Positions 27,660 to 39,300 of a DNA stretch of 64,000 bases are shown piece after piece. Below the pieces are notes generated by a model, which was given only the letters and a program-made list of their open reading frames with translations, had not been told where the DNA came from and searched no databases. Origin of the DNA: Eledone cirrhosa (lineage: Eukaryota); assembly GCA_964016885.1 (NCBI GenBank), contig OZ024747.1:58156001-58220000 (forward strand), in the 5' to 3' direction. Each line of letters starts with the position of its first letter. Position 1 is the stretch's first letter. A program made the translations under genes and the position numbers.

Positions 27660-28159
27660 CATGTGTACATAGACACATACATACACATCAATATACACTC
27701 GTACAAAAATATACATACATGCAAAGAGATAAGCGTGCTAATTGTAATTATGGCAAAAGGAAGGTAAAGTTACATTGTAGTAGTGATTTGAGAAAAACTA
27801 GGATTTACGATCAAATGATGGCAGCAGCTGAGAAGGAATAAGTTTGTGGGTTGATGAGCTACTTACAGACATTTGTGTGGTATAGACTTGTGAAGGATAT
27901 AGTATACTTAATGAATATATTTCTGTGGGTAGTAGGCATGCTAATTTAAAGCTATGTTGTGTTGGTTCGATTCACGGAGGTTTGAATCTTATGAATTTAG
28001 TGGCAATTCTATGTCTGCAGAAGATAGATCTTTCTAACTTATTGTTAAGTAGCCTTTTTACATTTTTGAGAATATATAATAGCTCAAGATCACATAGCCC
28101 GCAACGTAAACAATCCTAGTAATTACTACTCCAACCGCTCACATAATAATATAAATAAC

Positions 28160-29065
28160 TTGACTAGACATAGGGTTAGACACGTAACACCTGGAGTAAA
28201 CGGCCAAAACACTAATAACGTAAACCCAAGAAACAATAGAAGAAACAGACAAAGAAAATACCTATGGTTCAACCCAATATTCAACTCCTCTATAAAAACT
28301 AGACTGCCCTCTACATTCTTTAAACTAATAGATAAACACTTCCCTATCTCGCATAGATATCACACAATACTCAATAGATCTACTATAAAACTCTTATACT
28401 CAACAGCAGCAACCATAGAATCAGAGATACGCAAGATCAACCACAGAAATATCTCTAGTAAATCAACTGCACCTATACATAACGTAGCACCAAATTATAA
28501 GCACAAACACATCACAACATCACAACCATAAGCGCATACAAACGCGCAGCAGCAAAACCCCATTGGACATATATCACAACCCACTTATAACAGAGTACTA
28601 AACAGGAATGTAAAAGCTGCACAAAATAGCGCCTCAAACTGTAACTGTCACCTACCAGATAGGTGCCCATTGGCGACCAGATGTCTCGATTCGAGCCTAG
28701 TGTACATGTGCACTGTCGTCTCGGGTAACTCCACCTGGAATTACATAGGATCCATCGCGGGTTCTTTTAAAAAAAGATGGTATGTGCACAGACACTCAAT
28801 GAAAAACCGTGCACTTATGGGTTCCACAACCCTCGCCAAAAAAATATGGGAACTGAAGGACTGCAGCACTAACTACAGTATCAACTGGTCGAAGTTGTCG
28901 GCTGCTAAAACCTATAGTACAGGGATGTCCCACTGCGGGCTATGTGATCTTGAGCTATTATATATTGTCAAAAATGTAAAAAGGCTACATAACAATAAGT
29001 TAGAAAGATCTATCTTCTGCAGACATAGAATTGCCACTAAATTCATAAGATTCAAACTTCCGTGA
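28160..29065 (+). pseudogene. PLE RT thumb/linker + GIY-YIG endonuclease (probably Naiad-like)
   Basis: RKYLWFNPIF...FFKLIDKHFP...ILNRSTIK; CNCHLPDRCPLATRC; LVY...YIG...FKKRW..H; CGLCDLE; CRH. One frame with a single in-frame TAA at 28529-28531. Confidence 0.85.
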
Positions 29066-29371
29066 ATCGAACCAACACAGCATAGCTTTAAATTAGGATA
29101 CCTACTACCCACAGAAATATATTCATTAAGTATACTATATCCTTCACAAATCTATACCACACAAATGTCTGTAAGTACCTCATCAACCCACAAACTTATT
29201 CCTTCTCAGCTGCTGCCATCATTTGATCCTAAATCCTAGTTTTTCTCAAATCACTACTACAATGTACCTTTACCTTCCTTTTGCCATAATTACAATTAGC
29301 ACTCTTTGCATGTATGTATATTTTTGTACGAGTGTATATTGATGTGTATGTATGTGTCTATGTACACATGC

Positions 29372-29451
<80 letters not shown>

Positions 29452-29862
29452 ATGTGTGTGTGTGTGTGTGTGCGTGTGTGTGTAAATATATGCGTATATT
29501 ACTTGGTTAACCTCTGTATTAACTCAACAACTATTTAGCTTTGACAGTGTCGTCCCACTCATGTATGCTATTGAAGATGAAAAGCAAGACTGTAAACACT
29601 GGCTTATCTTTATAATTTAAAATTGATACACACTTCGATACTCTGTACATGCCAAACTCTTACTTTTGCCTCATGACAGCTAGTTTTACACGCCCTAATG
29701 TTAGATACATTATACCCTCCACCTAAGTAATGTCAGGGTCTCCTCAAATAATTTATTAATAGCATTGTTGTAATTGTTGTTATTGTTCTAATTGAATGCC
29801 ATTACTACTTCATATAGTAGCCTGTATATTCTTTTCTTGCCTGTGTATTCTCTTCATTCTCG

Positions 29863-29975
29863 CATGCTCCGAAGATCTGACTGGTTATAATTCTGTATTG
29901 GCGATCGAGTAACGTGAAAATAAGCGAATAGCGATCTCTAGACCTACCAGTTCAGAGAAACAATTGTCAGCTATG
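29863..29975 (+). ncRNA. Type I hammerhead ribozyme, CCGAAGA core variant
   Basis: CATGCT-CCGAAGA-TCTGACTGGT...ACCAGtTCAGA-GAAA-CAATTG-TC-AGCtATG. Palindromic stem III; located in the PLE pLTR. Confidence 0.7.
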
Positions 29976-30024
29976 AGATTAAAAACCTTTTTTGTATAGC
30001 AAACCATGTCAACCTTCTTTCCTG

Positions 30025-30224
<200 letters not shown>

Positions 30225-30259
30225 TGCCCCCTCGTTATCGAGTATGGCCATTGCACAAT

Positions 30260-30280
30260 AAAAAAAAAAAAAAAAAAAAA

Positions 30281-30372
<92 letters not shown>
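30260..30372 (+). repeat. Poly(A) followed by (TAA)n microsatellite; insertion site of the R4/Dong array
   Basis: About 30 TAA units directly abut the 5' end of copy 1. Confidence 0.9.
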
Positions 30373-33300
30373 GGGAAGAAGACGCACGAGGTGACGGAGG
30401 TCATGAAATCGCTCCCGTAAGTTTTGAATTTTTAACATATTTAAACCATTTGTGAAATAACAACTCTTAGTACAAATGCTACGTAAAGCACCCGGCTTGA
30501 GCCCCAAAAAATTCGGACCCAAAATATATTGTTATAAGGCTCAAATATTCAAATATTCAACTTTGTATTGTACACTGTATATCCAAAAAAGAAAATGGCT
30601 ATAAATGGAAGAAGAACCCCCCCCCCCCCTCCTCCTCTGTATACACTATATAGAACAGCCAAACTCACCAACACCAGAAACTAGATACACCACCCACCCT
30701 ATCACCTGTGTACACTAAACCACCACCGATCACTACGGCCATCATTACAACCATTATCCCATCACCGCCGCCACCACCCCTTCACTCCTTCACTGCTGCC
30801 ACCGCTACAGCACCATCGCTACAGTAATACGGTCACATCACCGCCACCACTGTCTCGGTATCGACATCACCACCACCACTGTCTCAGTATCGCTACCGCC
30901 GCCAGTCTCCCACTTCTTCTTTTAGCTGGCTGCTGCCACCACATTATAGAATCCCTACTGCTAAAAAAGAGGAAGGCATCAAAATATATAGATAGACTCA
31001 AAAGAAAAAAGAAAAAATAAACAACAAAAGCAGCACAGCAACAACAGTAAAAAACGAGAAAAACAGAGAAAAACAAAAACAAAAAAAGAAACCCCCAAAA
31101 CGTAAAGAAAATAAGAATGAAGAGAGAGGCAGGCGGACGGACAGAGAAGAGGGGGGAAAAAGTAAAACTTAAAAAACAAAAACTAAGTCAGACATTCGAA
31201 TACTACATTACAATGAAACTTATGCTTATTCATTTTTGGGGCCCTTTCTGCCCGTGTGTTTGTTTGTTTATGTGTGTCCGTATACAGCGTGGTGATAATG
31301 CCACACAAGGGCCAAGTGGGATGGCGGATCCACAGATGGCTATGTAAACATACATTCGCCAATCCTCGATAAGAGTGTTTAAATATCGAACATAAACAGT
31401 TCGAATAACGGTGAAATGGAGACTAGAACGTCATGTGACAGACTCTCACCCAACAGGTGCCCCCTGGCTCAGCAGCAGGAACCTGACTGTCAACGAAATA
31501 CTGCTGATGTTGGAGGAAGAAGAAGAAGGAAAGGGGCCAGAACCAACTGGACGAAAGAATTGAATAGAACTGTTATGCAATGCTACCTGAAAAGTAACCC
31601 CAAGGAGAGGGGCTACAGGAGACGGATGCATAACATCTGGAACGAGATTGGTTTATTTAAATTAGATGAACAAAAATTGGCCGGGCAGGCTCGGGTAATA
31701 AGAACTAATGGGTGGATAAGCGAGCTGGAACTGGAGGAACTGAGCAGAGAGAATGGCTTGGAGATGGCGGGTGTAGTATGCCAGACAAGCGAGCCGGCGG
31801 GAAATGAAGGTGAGGAGGTCCTGAGAGCGGAGGAACCACCCGAAGCAGACAATGATCTGAATACTGAGATAAATAATACCTGGAACAGAGATACGGCCAC
31901 TGAGGAGATGAATGCTGACGGGCTAGGACAAGATTCGGTTGACATCCTAAATTTAGTGGTAGATGAGTTGAACAATGATAGTGGGAGACCTATGAACCTA
32001 AGATTTGTAGACAGGAAAAAGTTAAAAGAAACAACAGCTAAGGTAAACAAAGTCATCCCATACCTTGAGGCGAGGAGTCTTCACCAGTGCAACAATATCC
32101 TCAAAGCAACAGCAAATACGGTGAGGAAACTACTTGGTATAAAAGCGAGAGGAAACAACAGACAAGAAAGAGCAGAGCCGTGGTGGAAGAAGCGACTGAG
32201 TGGGCAAATCGGGGAAATGAGAAATGACATAGGAAAGCTTGAGTCACTACTGAATGGGACACTAAAAAACATAGGCACTAAAAATAGACTGGAAATAAAA
32301 TACAAAACTAGGAGTAAAAAGCTAAATATTATCATAGAGGAATTGAAGCAACGCATTGTAGCAAAGAGTGCCAAAATCAGGCGATACGAGAACAGAGTCA
32401 GTCAGTATAAACAGAACCGCATGTTCGACAACAACCAGAAGATGCTGTTTGGACAGCTTGAGGGGAAAGAAAGAGGCACCGACTTGATCCCTGGGGCGGA
32501 ACAAGCTAAAACATTCTGGAGAGGAATATGGGAGCAGGATGTTAGACACAATGCCCAGGCAGGGTGGATTGAGACAGTACAGAGGGAGATCGGTGAGCAG
32601 GCACAGCAACAGACTGATTTGAGTATCACAGTTGAAACTCTTAAGGGGCAAGCCAAAAAACTAACCAACTGGAAATCACCAGGCCCAGATGGTGTGCAGG
32701 GGTATTGGATTAAACATTTAACATCCCTCCACCCGAAGCTGACGGCCATGTTCAATGACTGCTTGGTGTCGGGTGAGGTGCCAGAGTGGTTGACAAAAGG
32801 TACCACAGTTCTGATAATGAAAGACCGAATCAAGGGTAATGATGTTACCAACTATAGACCTATCACATGTCTGCCCGTAATGTGGAAACTGTTGACGAGC
32901 ATTGTGTCTGAGGAAATCTACCATCACCTCCACACAAACAACTTGTTGCCGGACGAACAGAAAGGATGCCGAAAGAAGTCACGTGGTACAAAGGACCAGT
33001 TGCTTATTGATAAGATGGTAATGGGGAATTGCAGGAGGAGACACACTGATCTTGCCATGGGATGGATAGACTACAGAAAGGCATTTGACATGGTGCCTCA
33101 TTCCTGGATCACCAAAAGCCTGGAGATCTTCAGGGTGGCAGATAACATCAGAGAGTTGCTGGGCAGGAGTATGGGGTCCTGGGAGACAGAGTTGACATCA
33201 ACTGGAGTATCCTTGGGAAGCGTGAAGATCAAGAGAGGTATCTTCCAGGGAGATAGCCTGTCCCCTCTGTTGTTTGTCCTTGCCCTGATGCCCTTGACCA

Positions 33301-34915
33301 TTATGCTGCGAAAAGTGAGAGCAGGATACAAGTTGGGAAGGGGAGAGCTTACCATCAATCACCTCCTCTTCATGGACGATCTTAAGCTCTTCGGGAAAAG
33401 TGAGAAGGAGTTGGATGTGCTTGTTGACACTGTCCGTATTTTCAGCAGTGATATATGTATGCAGTTTGGTATTGGTAAATGTGGAGTCATTGTGATGAGG
33501 AGGGGTAGGTTGAGCAGAAGTAACGGGATCCAGATACCAACAGGTGAGATGATAAAGGAAATTGACTCTGAGGAAGGATACAAGTATTTGGGCGTTCTGG
33601 AGGCTGATGGCATAAAGAACAAAAAAATGAAGGAATTGTTAAGAACTGAATACATTCGGAGAGTAAGGAGCGTATTGAAGTCACATCTGAACAGCAGAAA
33701 TGCCATAAGCGCAGTAAATTCCCGAGCTGTGTCTATTATTAGGTACAGTGCGGGAATTCTGAGATGGAATGTTGCTGAACAAAAAGAAATGGATAGGAAG
33801 ACTAGGAAGCTATTGACTATCTACAACATGTTCCACAAGAGGAGTGATGTCGATAGACTCTACCTAAGGAGATCTGAGGGTGGAAGAGGTCTTATCAGCA
33901 TAGAGGACTGTGTTCAGATGGAGAAAAACAACCTATACAAATACGTGACCTATAGTAAGGAGCCAATGCTCAGAGCTGTACTGAAGGAGGGGAGAGTAGG
34001 CCAGGGGATACCCAAGGAGGAAATAACATCAAGGAGGAAGAGCAGCCTTAAGGGAAAACCCCTTCATAGTACCTTCTTTGAGAAAACTGAATTTAGAGAT
34101 CCACAGACATGGAACTGGTTGAGAAGAGGAGACCTCAAAAAGGCTACAGAAGGAATGCTAATGGCTGCGCAGGAGCAGGCCCTCAAAACGAAGTGGTTGA
34201 AGCACCATATCTACAAGGAGGAGGCTAGCCCACTGTGCAGGATCTGTGGAGAGAGAGAGGAGACTGTGGCTCACATTGTGTCCGAGTGTAAACACCTAGC
34301 CCAGACCCACTATAAGGGCTGGAGACACGATGTGATGGGCAGGGTGATCCACTGGCACCTGTGCAAAGTAAACAATCTACCACATTCTGAGAAATGGTAT
34401 GAGCATAGGCCAGAGGCGGTGATGGAGAACAGTCAGGTGAAGGTGCTGTGGGATTTTAGGATACAGACGGACAAAAAACTGGAACACAATAGACCTGACC
34501 TGGTGGTTGTGGACAAAGAAAAAAGATCGTGCCTGATTGTGGATGTGGCCTGCCCGTTCGACACGAGAGTGCAAGAGAAGGAGAGGGAGAAAATTAACCG
34601 ATACCAGGACCTAAAGTGGGAGGTGAAAAGGATTTGGAACTGCCATGAAGTCAAAGTGATCCCGATTGTCATAGGCGCACTGGGGACTATCTCCAAAGGT
34701 TTCCAGGGATGGTTAAAGAAAATCGGCCCCTTCACGCTTTTTGGAACGCTTCAAAAGGCATGCTTGCTTGGAACGGCAAGAACCCTCCGATACGTCCTGA
34801 ATATCTGAGGCTGCAGGTAGTGGCTTGATATTCAATCCAACGGACTTTCCAGTTAACCAACATCAATGACTGAGATTCAAGGAATAACAATAACAATAAT
34901 AATAATAATAATAAA
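30373..34915 (+). mobile_element. R4/Dong-clade RLE non-LTR retrotransposon, copy 1 (full length, short 5' UTR)
   Basis: Starts GGGAAGAAGACGCACGAGG, has an approximately 1.04-kb 5' UTR, an intact ORF, an approximately 75-bp 3' UTR, and an (AAC/AAT)n tail. Confidence 0.92.
31416..34808 (+). CDS. Non-LTR retrotransposon polyprotein: Myb-like N-terminus, RT, CCHC knuckle, restriction-like endonuclease (1130 aa)
   Basis: WTKELNRTVMQCY; SPGPDG; YRPITCL; IDYRKAFDMVPH; IFQGDSLSPLLF; FMDD; YKYLG; CRICGEREETVAHIVSEC; RHD; RPDLVVVDK...IVDVACP...EK (PD-D/E-xK). Confidence 0.95.
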   Translation: METRTSCDRLSPNRCPLAQQQEPDCQRNTADVGGRRRRKGARTNWTKELNRTVMQCYLKSNPKERGYRRRMHNIWNEIGLFKLDEQKLAGQARVIRTNGWISELELEELSRENGLEMAGVVCQTSEPAGNEGEEVLRAEEPPEADNDLNTEINNTWNRDTATEEMNADGLGQDSVDILNLVVDELNNDSGRPMNLRFVDRKKLKETTAKVNKVIPYLEARSLHQCNNILKATANTVRKLLGIKARGNNRQERAEPWWKKRLSGQIGEMRNDIGKLESLLNGTLKNIGTKNRLEIKYKTRSKKLNIIIEELKQRIVAKSAKIRRYENRVSQYKQNRMFDNNQKMLFGQLEGKERGTDLIPGAEQAKTFWRGIWEQDVRHNAQAGWIETVQREIGEQAQQQTDLSITVETLKGQAKKLTNWKSPGPDGVQGYWIKHLTSLHPKLTAMFNDCLVSGEVPEWLTKGTTVLIMKDRIKGNDVTNYRPITCLPVMWKLLTSIVSEEIYHHLHTNNLLPDEQKGCRKKSRGTKDQLLIDKMVMGNCRRRHTDLAMGWIDYRKAFDMVPHSWITKSLEIFRVADNIRELLGRSMGSWETELTSTGVSLGSVKIKRGIFQGDSLSPLLFVLALMPLTIMLRKVRAGYKLGRGELTINHLLFMDDLKLFGKSEKELDVLVDTVRIFSSDICMQFGIGKCGVIVMRRGRLSRSNGIQIPTGEMIKEIDSEEGYKYLGVLEADGIKNKKMKELLRTEYIRRVRSVLKSHLNSRNAISAVNSRAVSIIRYSAGILRWNVAEQKEMDRKTRKLLTIYNMFHKRSDVDRLYLRRSEGGRGLISIEDCVQMEKNNLYKYVTYSKEPMLRAVLKEGRVGQGIPKEEITSRRKSSLKGKPLHSTFFEKTEFRDPQTWNWLRRGDLKKATEGMLMAAQEQALKTKWLKHHIYKEEASPLCRICGEREETVAHIVSECKHLAQTHYKGWRHDVMGRVIHWHLCKVNNLPHSEKWYEHRPEAVMENSQVKVLWDFRIQTDKKLEHNRPDLVVVDKEKRSCLIVDVACPFDTRVQEKEREKINRYQDLKWEVKRIWNCHEVKVIPIVIGALGTISKGFQGWLKKIGPFTLFGTLQKACLLGTARTLRYVLNI

Positions 34916-35081
34916 GGGAAGAAGACGCACGAGGTGACGGAGGTCATGAAATCGCTCCCGTAAGTTTTGAATTTTTAACATATTTAAATCATTTGTGAAA
35001 TAACAACTCTTAGTACAAATGCTACGTAAAGCACCCGGCTTGAGCCCCAAAAAATTCGGACCCAAAATATATTGTTATAAG

Positions 35082-35741
35082 GCTCAAATATTCAAATGTT
35101 CAACTTTGTATTGTACACTGTATATCCAGAAAAAAATGGCTATAAATGGAAGAAGAAGAACCCCCCCCCCCTCCTCTCCTCTGGCTACACTATATAGGAC
35201 AGCTAAACTCACCAACACCAGAAACTAGATACACCGCCCACCCCATCATCTGTGTACACTAAACACAACAGCATTTTCACCTTCACCGCCACCGCTCACT
35301 ACGGCCATCATTGCCACCGCTGTCCCATCACCGCCGCCACCACCCCCTGACTCCTTCACTGCTGCTGCCACCGCTACAGCACCATCACTACAGTAATACG
35401 GCTCAAATATTCAAATATTCAACTTTGTATTGTACACTGTATATCCAAAAAAAAAAAAAAAAAAAAAAAAAAATAAAATGGCTATAAATGGAAGAAGAAG
35501 AACCCCCCCCCCTCCTCTCCTCTGGCTACACTATATAGGACAGCGAAACTCACCAACACCAGAAACTAGATACACCACCCACCCCATCATCTGTGTACAC
35601 TAAACACAACAGCATTTTCACCTTCACCGCCACCGCTCACTGCGGCCATCATTGCCACCGCTGTCCCATCACCGCCGCCACCACCCCCTGACTCCTTCAC
35701 TGCTGCTGCCACCGCTACAGCACCATCACTACAGTAATACG
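35082..35741 (+). promoter_or_regulatory. Tandemly duplicated 5'-UTR monomer with TATA-like box (also at about 39978-40639)
   Basis: Units 35082-35400 and 35401-35741 each run GCTCAAATATTC...GGCTATAAATGG...CAGTAATACG. Promoter function is inferred. Confidence 0.5.
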
Positions 35742-36311
35742 GTCGCATCACCGCCACCGCTGCCTCGGTATCGACATCACCGCCACCACTGTCTCAGTAT
35801 CGCCAACGCCGCTAGTCTCTGCTGGCTACCACTTCCACATTATAGAATTCCTACTACTAACAAAGAGGAAGGCATCAAAATATATAGATAGACTCAAAAG
35901 AAAAAAGAAAAAACAAACAACAAAAGCAGCACAGCAACAACAGTAAAAAACGAGAAAAACAGAGAAAAACAAAAACAAAAAAAGAAACCCCAAAAACGTA
36001 AAGAAAATAAGAATGAAGAGAGAAGCAGGCGGACGGACAGAGAAGAGGGGGGGAAAAGTAAAACTTAAAAAACAAAAACTAAGTCGGACATTCGAATACT
36101 ACATTACAATGAAACTTATGCTTATTCATTTTTGGGGCCCTTTCTGCCCGTGTGTTTGTTTGTTTATGTGTGTCCGTATACAGCGTGGTGATAATGCCAC
36201 ACAAGGGCCAAGTGGGATGGCGGATCCACAGATGGCTATGTAAACATACATTCGCCAATCCTCGATAAGAGTGTTTAAATATCGAACATAAACAGTTCGA
36301 ATAACGGTGAA

Positions 36312-39300
36312 ATGGAGACTAGAACGTCATGTGACAGACTCTCACCCAACAGGTGCCCCCTGGCTCAGCAGCAGGAACCTGACTGTCAACGAAATACTGC
36401 TGATGTTGGAGGAAGAAGAAGAAGGAAAGGGGCCAGAACCAACTGGACGAAAGAATTGAATAGAACTGTTATGCAATGCTACCTGAAAAGTAACCCCAAG
36501 GAGAGGGGCTACAGGAGACGGATGCATAACATCTGGAACGAGATTGGTTTATTTAAATTAGATGAACAAAAATTGGCCGGGCAGGCTCGGGTAATAAGAA
36601 CTAATGGGTGGATAAGCGAGCTGGAACTGGAGGAACTGAGCAGAGAGAATGGCTTGGAGATGGCGGGTGTAGTATGCCAGACAAGCGAGCCGGCGGGAAA
36701 TGAAGGTGAGGAGGTCCTGAGAGCGGAGGAACCACCCGAAGCAGACAATGATCTGAATACTGAGATAAATAATACCTGGAACAGAGATACGGCCACTGAG
36801 GAGATGAATGCTGACGGGCTAGGACAAGATTCGGTTGACATCCTAAATTTAGTGGTAGATGAGTTGAACAATGATAGTGGGAGACCTATGAACCTAAGAT
36901 TTGTAGACAGGAAAAAGTTAAAAGAAACAACAGCTAAGGTAAACAAAGTCATCCCATACCTTGAGGCGAGGAGTCTTCACCAGTGCAACAATATCCTCAA
37001 AGCAACAGCAAATACGGTGAGGAAACTACTTGGTATAAAAGCGAGAGGAAACAACAGACAAGAAAGAGCAGAGCCGTGGTGGAAGAAGCGACTGAGTGGG
37101 CAAATCGGGGAAATGAGAAATGACATAGGAAAGCTTGAGTCACTACTGAATGGGACACTAAAAAACATAGGCACTAAAAATAGACTGGAAATAAAATACA
37201 AAACTAGGAGTAAAAAGCTAAATATTATCATAGAGGAATTGAAGCAACGCATTGTAGCAAAGAGTGCCAAAATCAGGCGATACGAGAACAGAGTCAGTCA
37301 GTATAAACAGAACCGCATGTTCGACAACAACCAGAAGATGCTGTTTGGACAGCTTGAGGGGAAAGAAAGAGGCACCGACTTGATCCCTGGGGCGGAACAA
37401 GCTAAAACATTCTGGAGAGGAATATGGGAGCAGGATGTTAGACACAATGCCCAGGCAGGGTGGATTGAGACAGTACAGAGGGAGATCGGTGAGCAGGCAC
37501 AGCAACAGACTGATTTGAGTATCACAGTTGAAACTCTTAAGGGGCAAGCCAAAAAACTAACCAACTGGAAATCACCAGGCCCAGATGGTGTGCAGGGGTA
37601 TTGGATTAAACATTTAACATCCCTCCACCCGAAGCTGACGGCCATGTTCAATGACTGCTTGGTGTCGGGTGAGGTGCCAGAGTGGTTGACAAAAGGTACC
37701 ACAGTTCTGATAATGAAAGACCGAATCAAGGGTAATGATGTTACCAACTATAGACCTATCACATGTCTGCCCGTAATGTGGAAACTGTTGACGAGCATTG
37801 TGTCTGAGGAAATCTACCATCACCTCCACACAAACAACTTGTTGCCGGACGAACAGAAAGGATGCCGAAAGAAGTCACGTGGTACAAAGGACCAGTTGCT
37901 TATTGATAAGATGGTAATGGGGAATTGCAGGAGGAGACACACTGATCTTGCCATGGGATGGATAGACTACAGAAAGGCATTTGACATGGTGCCTCATTCC
38001 TGGATCACCAAAAGCCTGGAGATCTTCAGGGTGGCAGATAACATCAGAGAGTTGCTGGGCAGGAGTATGGGGTCCTGGGAGACAGAGTTGACATCAACTG
38101 GAGTATCCTTGGGAAGCGTGAAGATCAAGAGAGGTATCTTCCAGGGAGATAGCCTGTCCCCTCTGTTGTTTGTCCTTGCCCTGATGCCCTTGACCATTAT
38201 GCTGCGAAAAGTGAGAGCAGGATACAAGTTGGGAAGGGGAGAGCTTACCATCAATCACCTCCTCTTCATGGACGATCTTAAGCTCTTCGGGAAAAGTGAG
38301 AAGGAGTTGGATGTGCTTGTTGACACTGTCCGTATTTTCAGCAGTGATATATGTATGCAGTTTGGTATTGGTAAATGTGGAGTCATTGTGATGAGGAGGG
38401 GTAGGTTGAGCAGAAGTAACGGGATCCAGATACCAACAGGTGAGATGATAAAGGAAATTGACTCTGAGGAAGGATACAAGTATTTGGGCGTTCTGGAGGC
38501 TGATGGCATAAAGAACAAAAAAATGAAGGAATTGTTAAGAACTGAATACATTCGGAGAGTAAGGAGCGTATTGAAGTCACATCTGAACAGCAGAAATGCC
38601 ATAAGCGCAGTAAATTCCCGAGCTGTGTCTATTATTAGGTACAGTGCGGGAATTCTGAGATGGAATGTTGCTGAACAAAAAGAAATGGATAGGAAGACTA
38701 GGAAGCTATTGACTATCTACAACATGTTCCACAAGAGGAGTGATGTCGATAGACTCTACCTAAGGAGATCTGAGGGTGGAAGAGGTCTTATCAGCATAGA
38801 GGACTGTGTTCAGATGGAGAAAAACAACCTATACAAATACGTGACCTATAGTAAGGAGCCAATGCTCAGAGCTGTACTGAAGGAGGGGAGAGTAGGCCAG
38901 GGGATACCCAAGGAGGAAATAACATCAAGGAGGAAGAGCAGCCTTAAGGGAAAACCCCTTCATAGTACCTTCTTTGAGAAAACTGAATTTAGAGATCCAC
39001 AGACATGGAACTGGTTGAGAAGAGGAGACCTCAAAAAGGCTACAGAAGGAATGCTAATGGCTGCGCAGGAGCAGGCCCTCAAAACGAAGTGGTTGAAGCA
39101 CCATATCTACAAGGAGGAGGCTAGCCCACTGTGCAGGATCTGTGGAGAGAGAGAGGAGACTGTGGCTCACATTGTGTCCGAGTGTAAACACCTAGCCCAG
39201 ACCCACTATAAGGGCTGGAGACACGATGTGATGGGCAGGGTGATCCACTGGCACCTGTGCAAAGTAAACAATCTACCACATTCTGAGAAATGGTATGAGC

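Noticed and set aside
31240-31345. HDV-like ribozyme before the ORF
   Set aside because: A P1-like helix is present, but there is no P1.1/L3 or J4/2 arrangement. Kept only as a generic structure.
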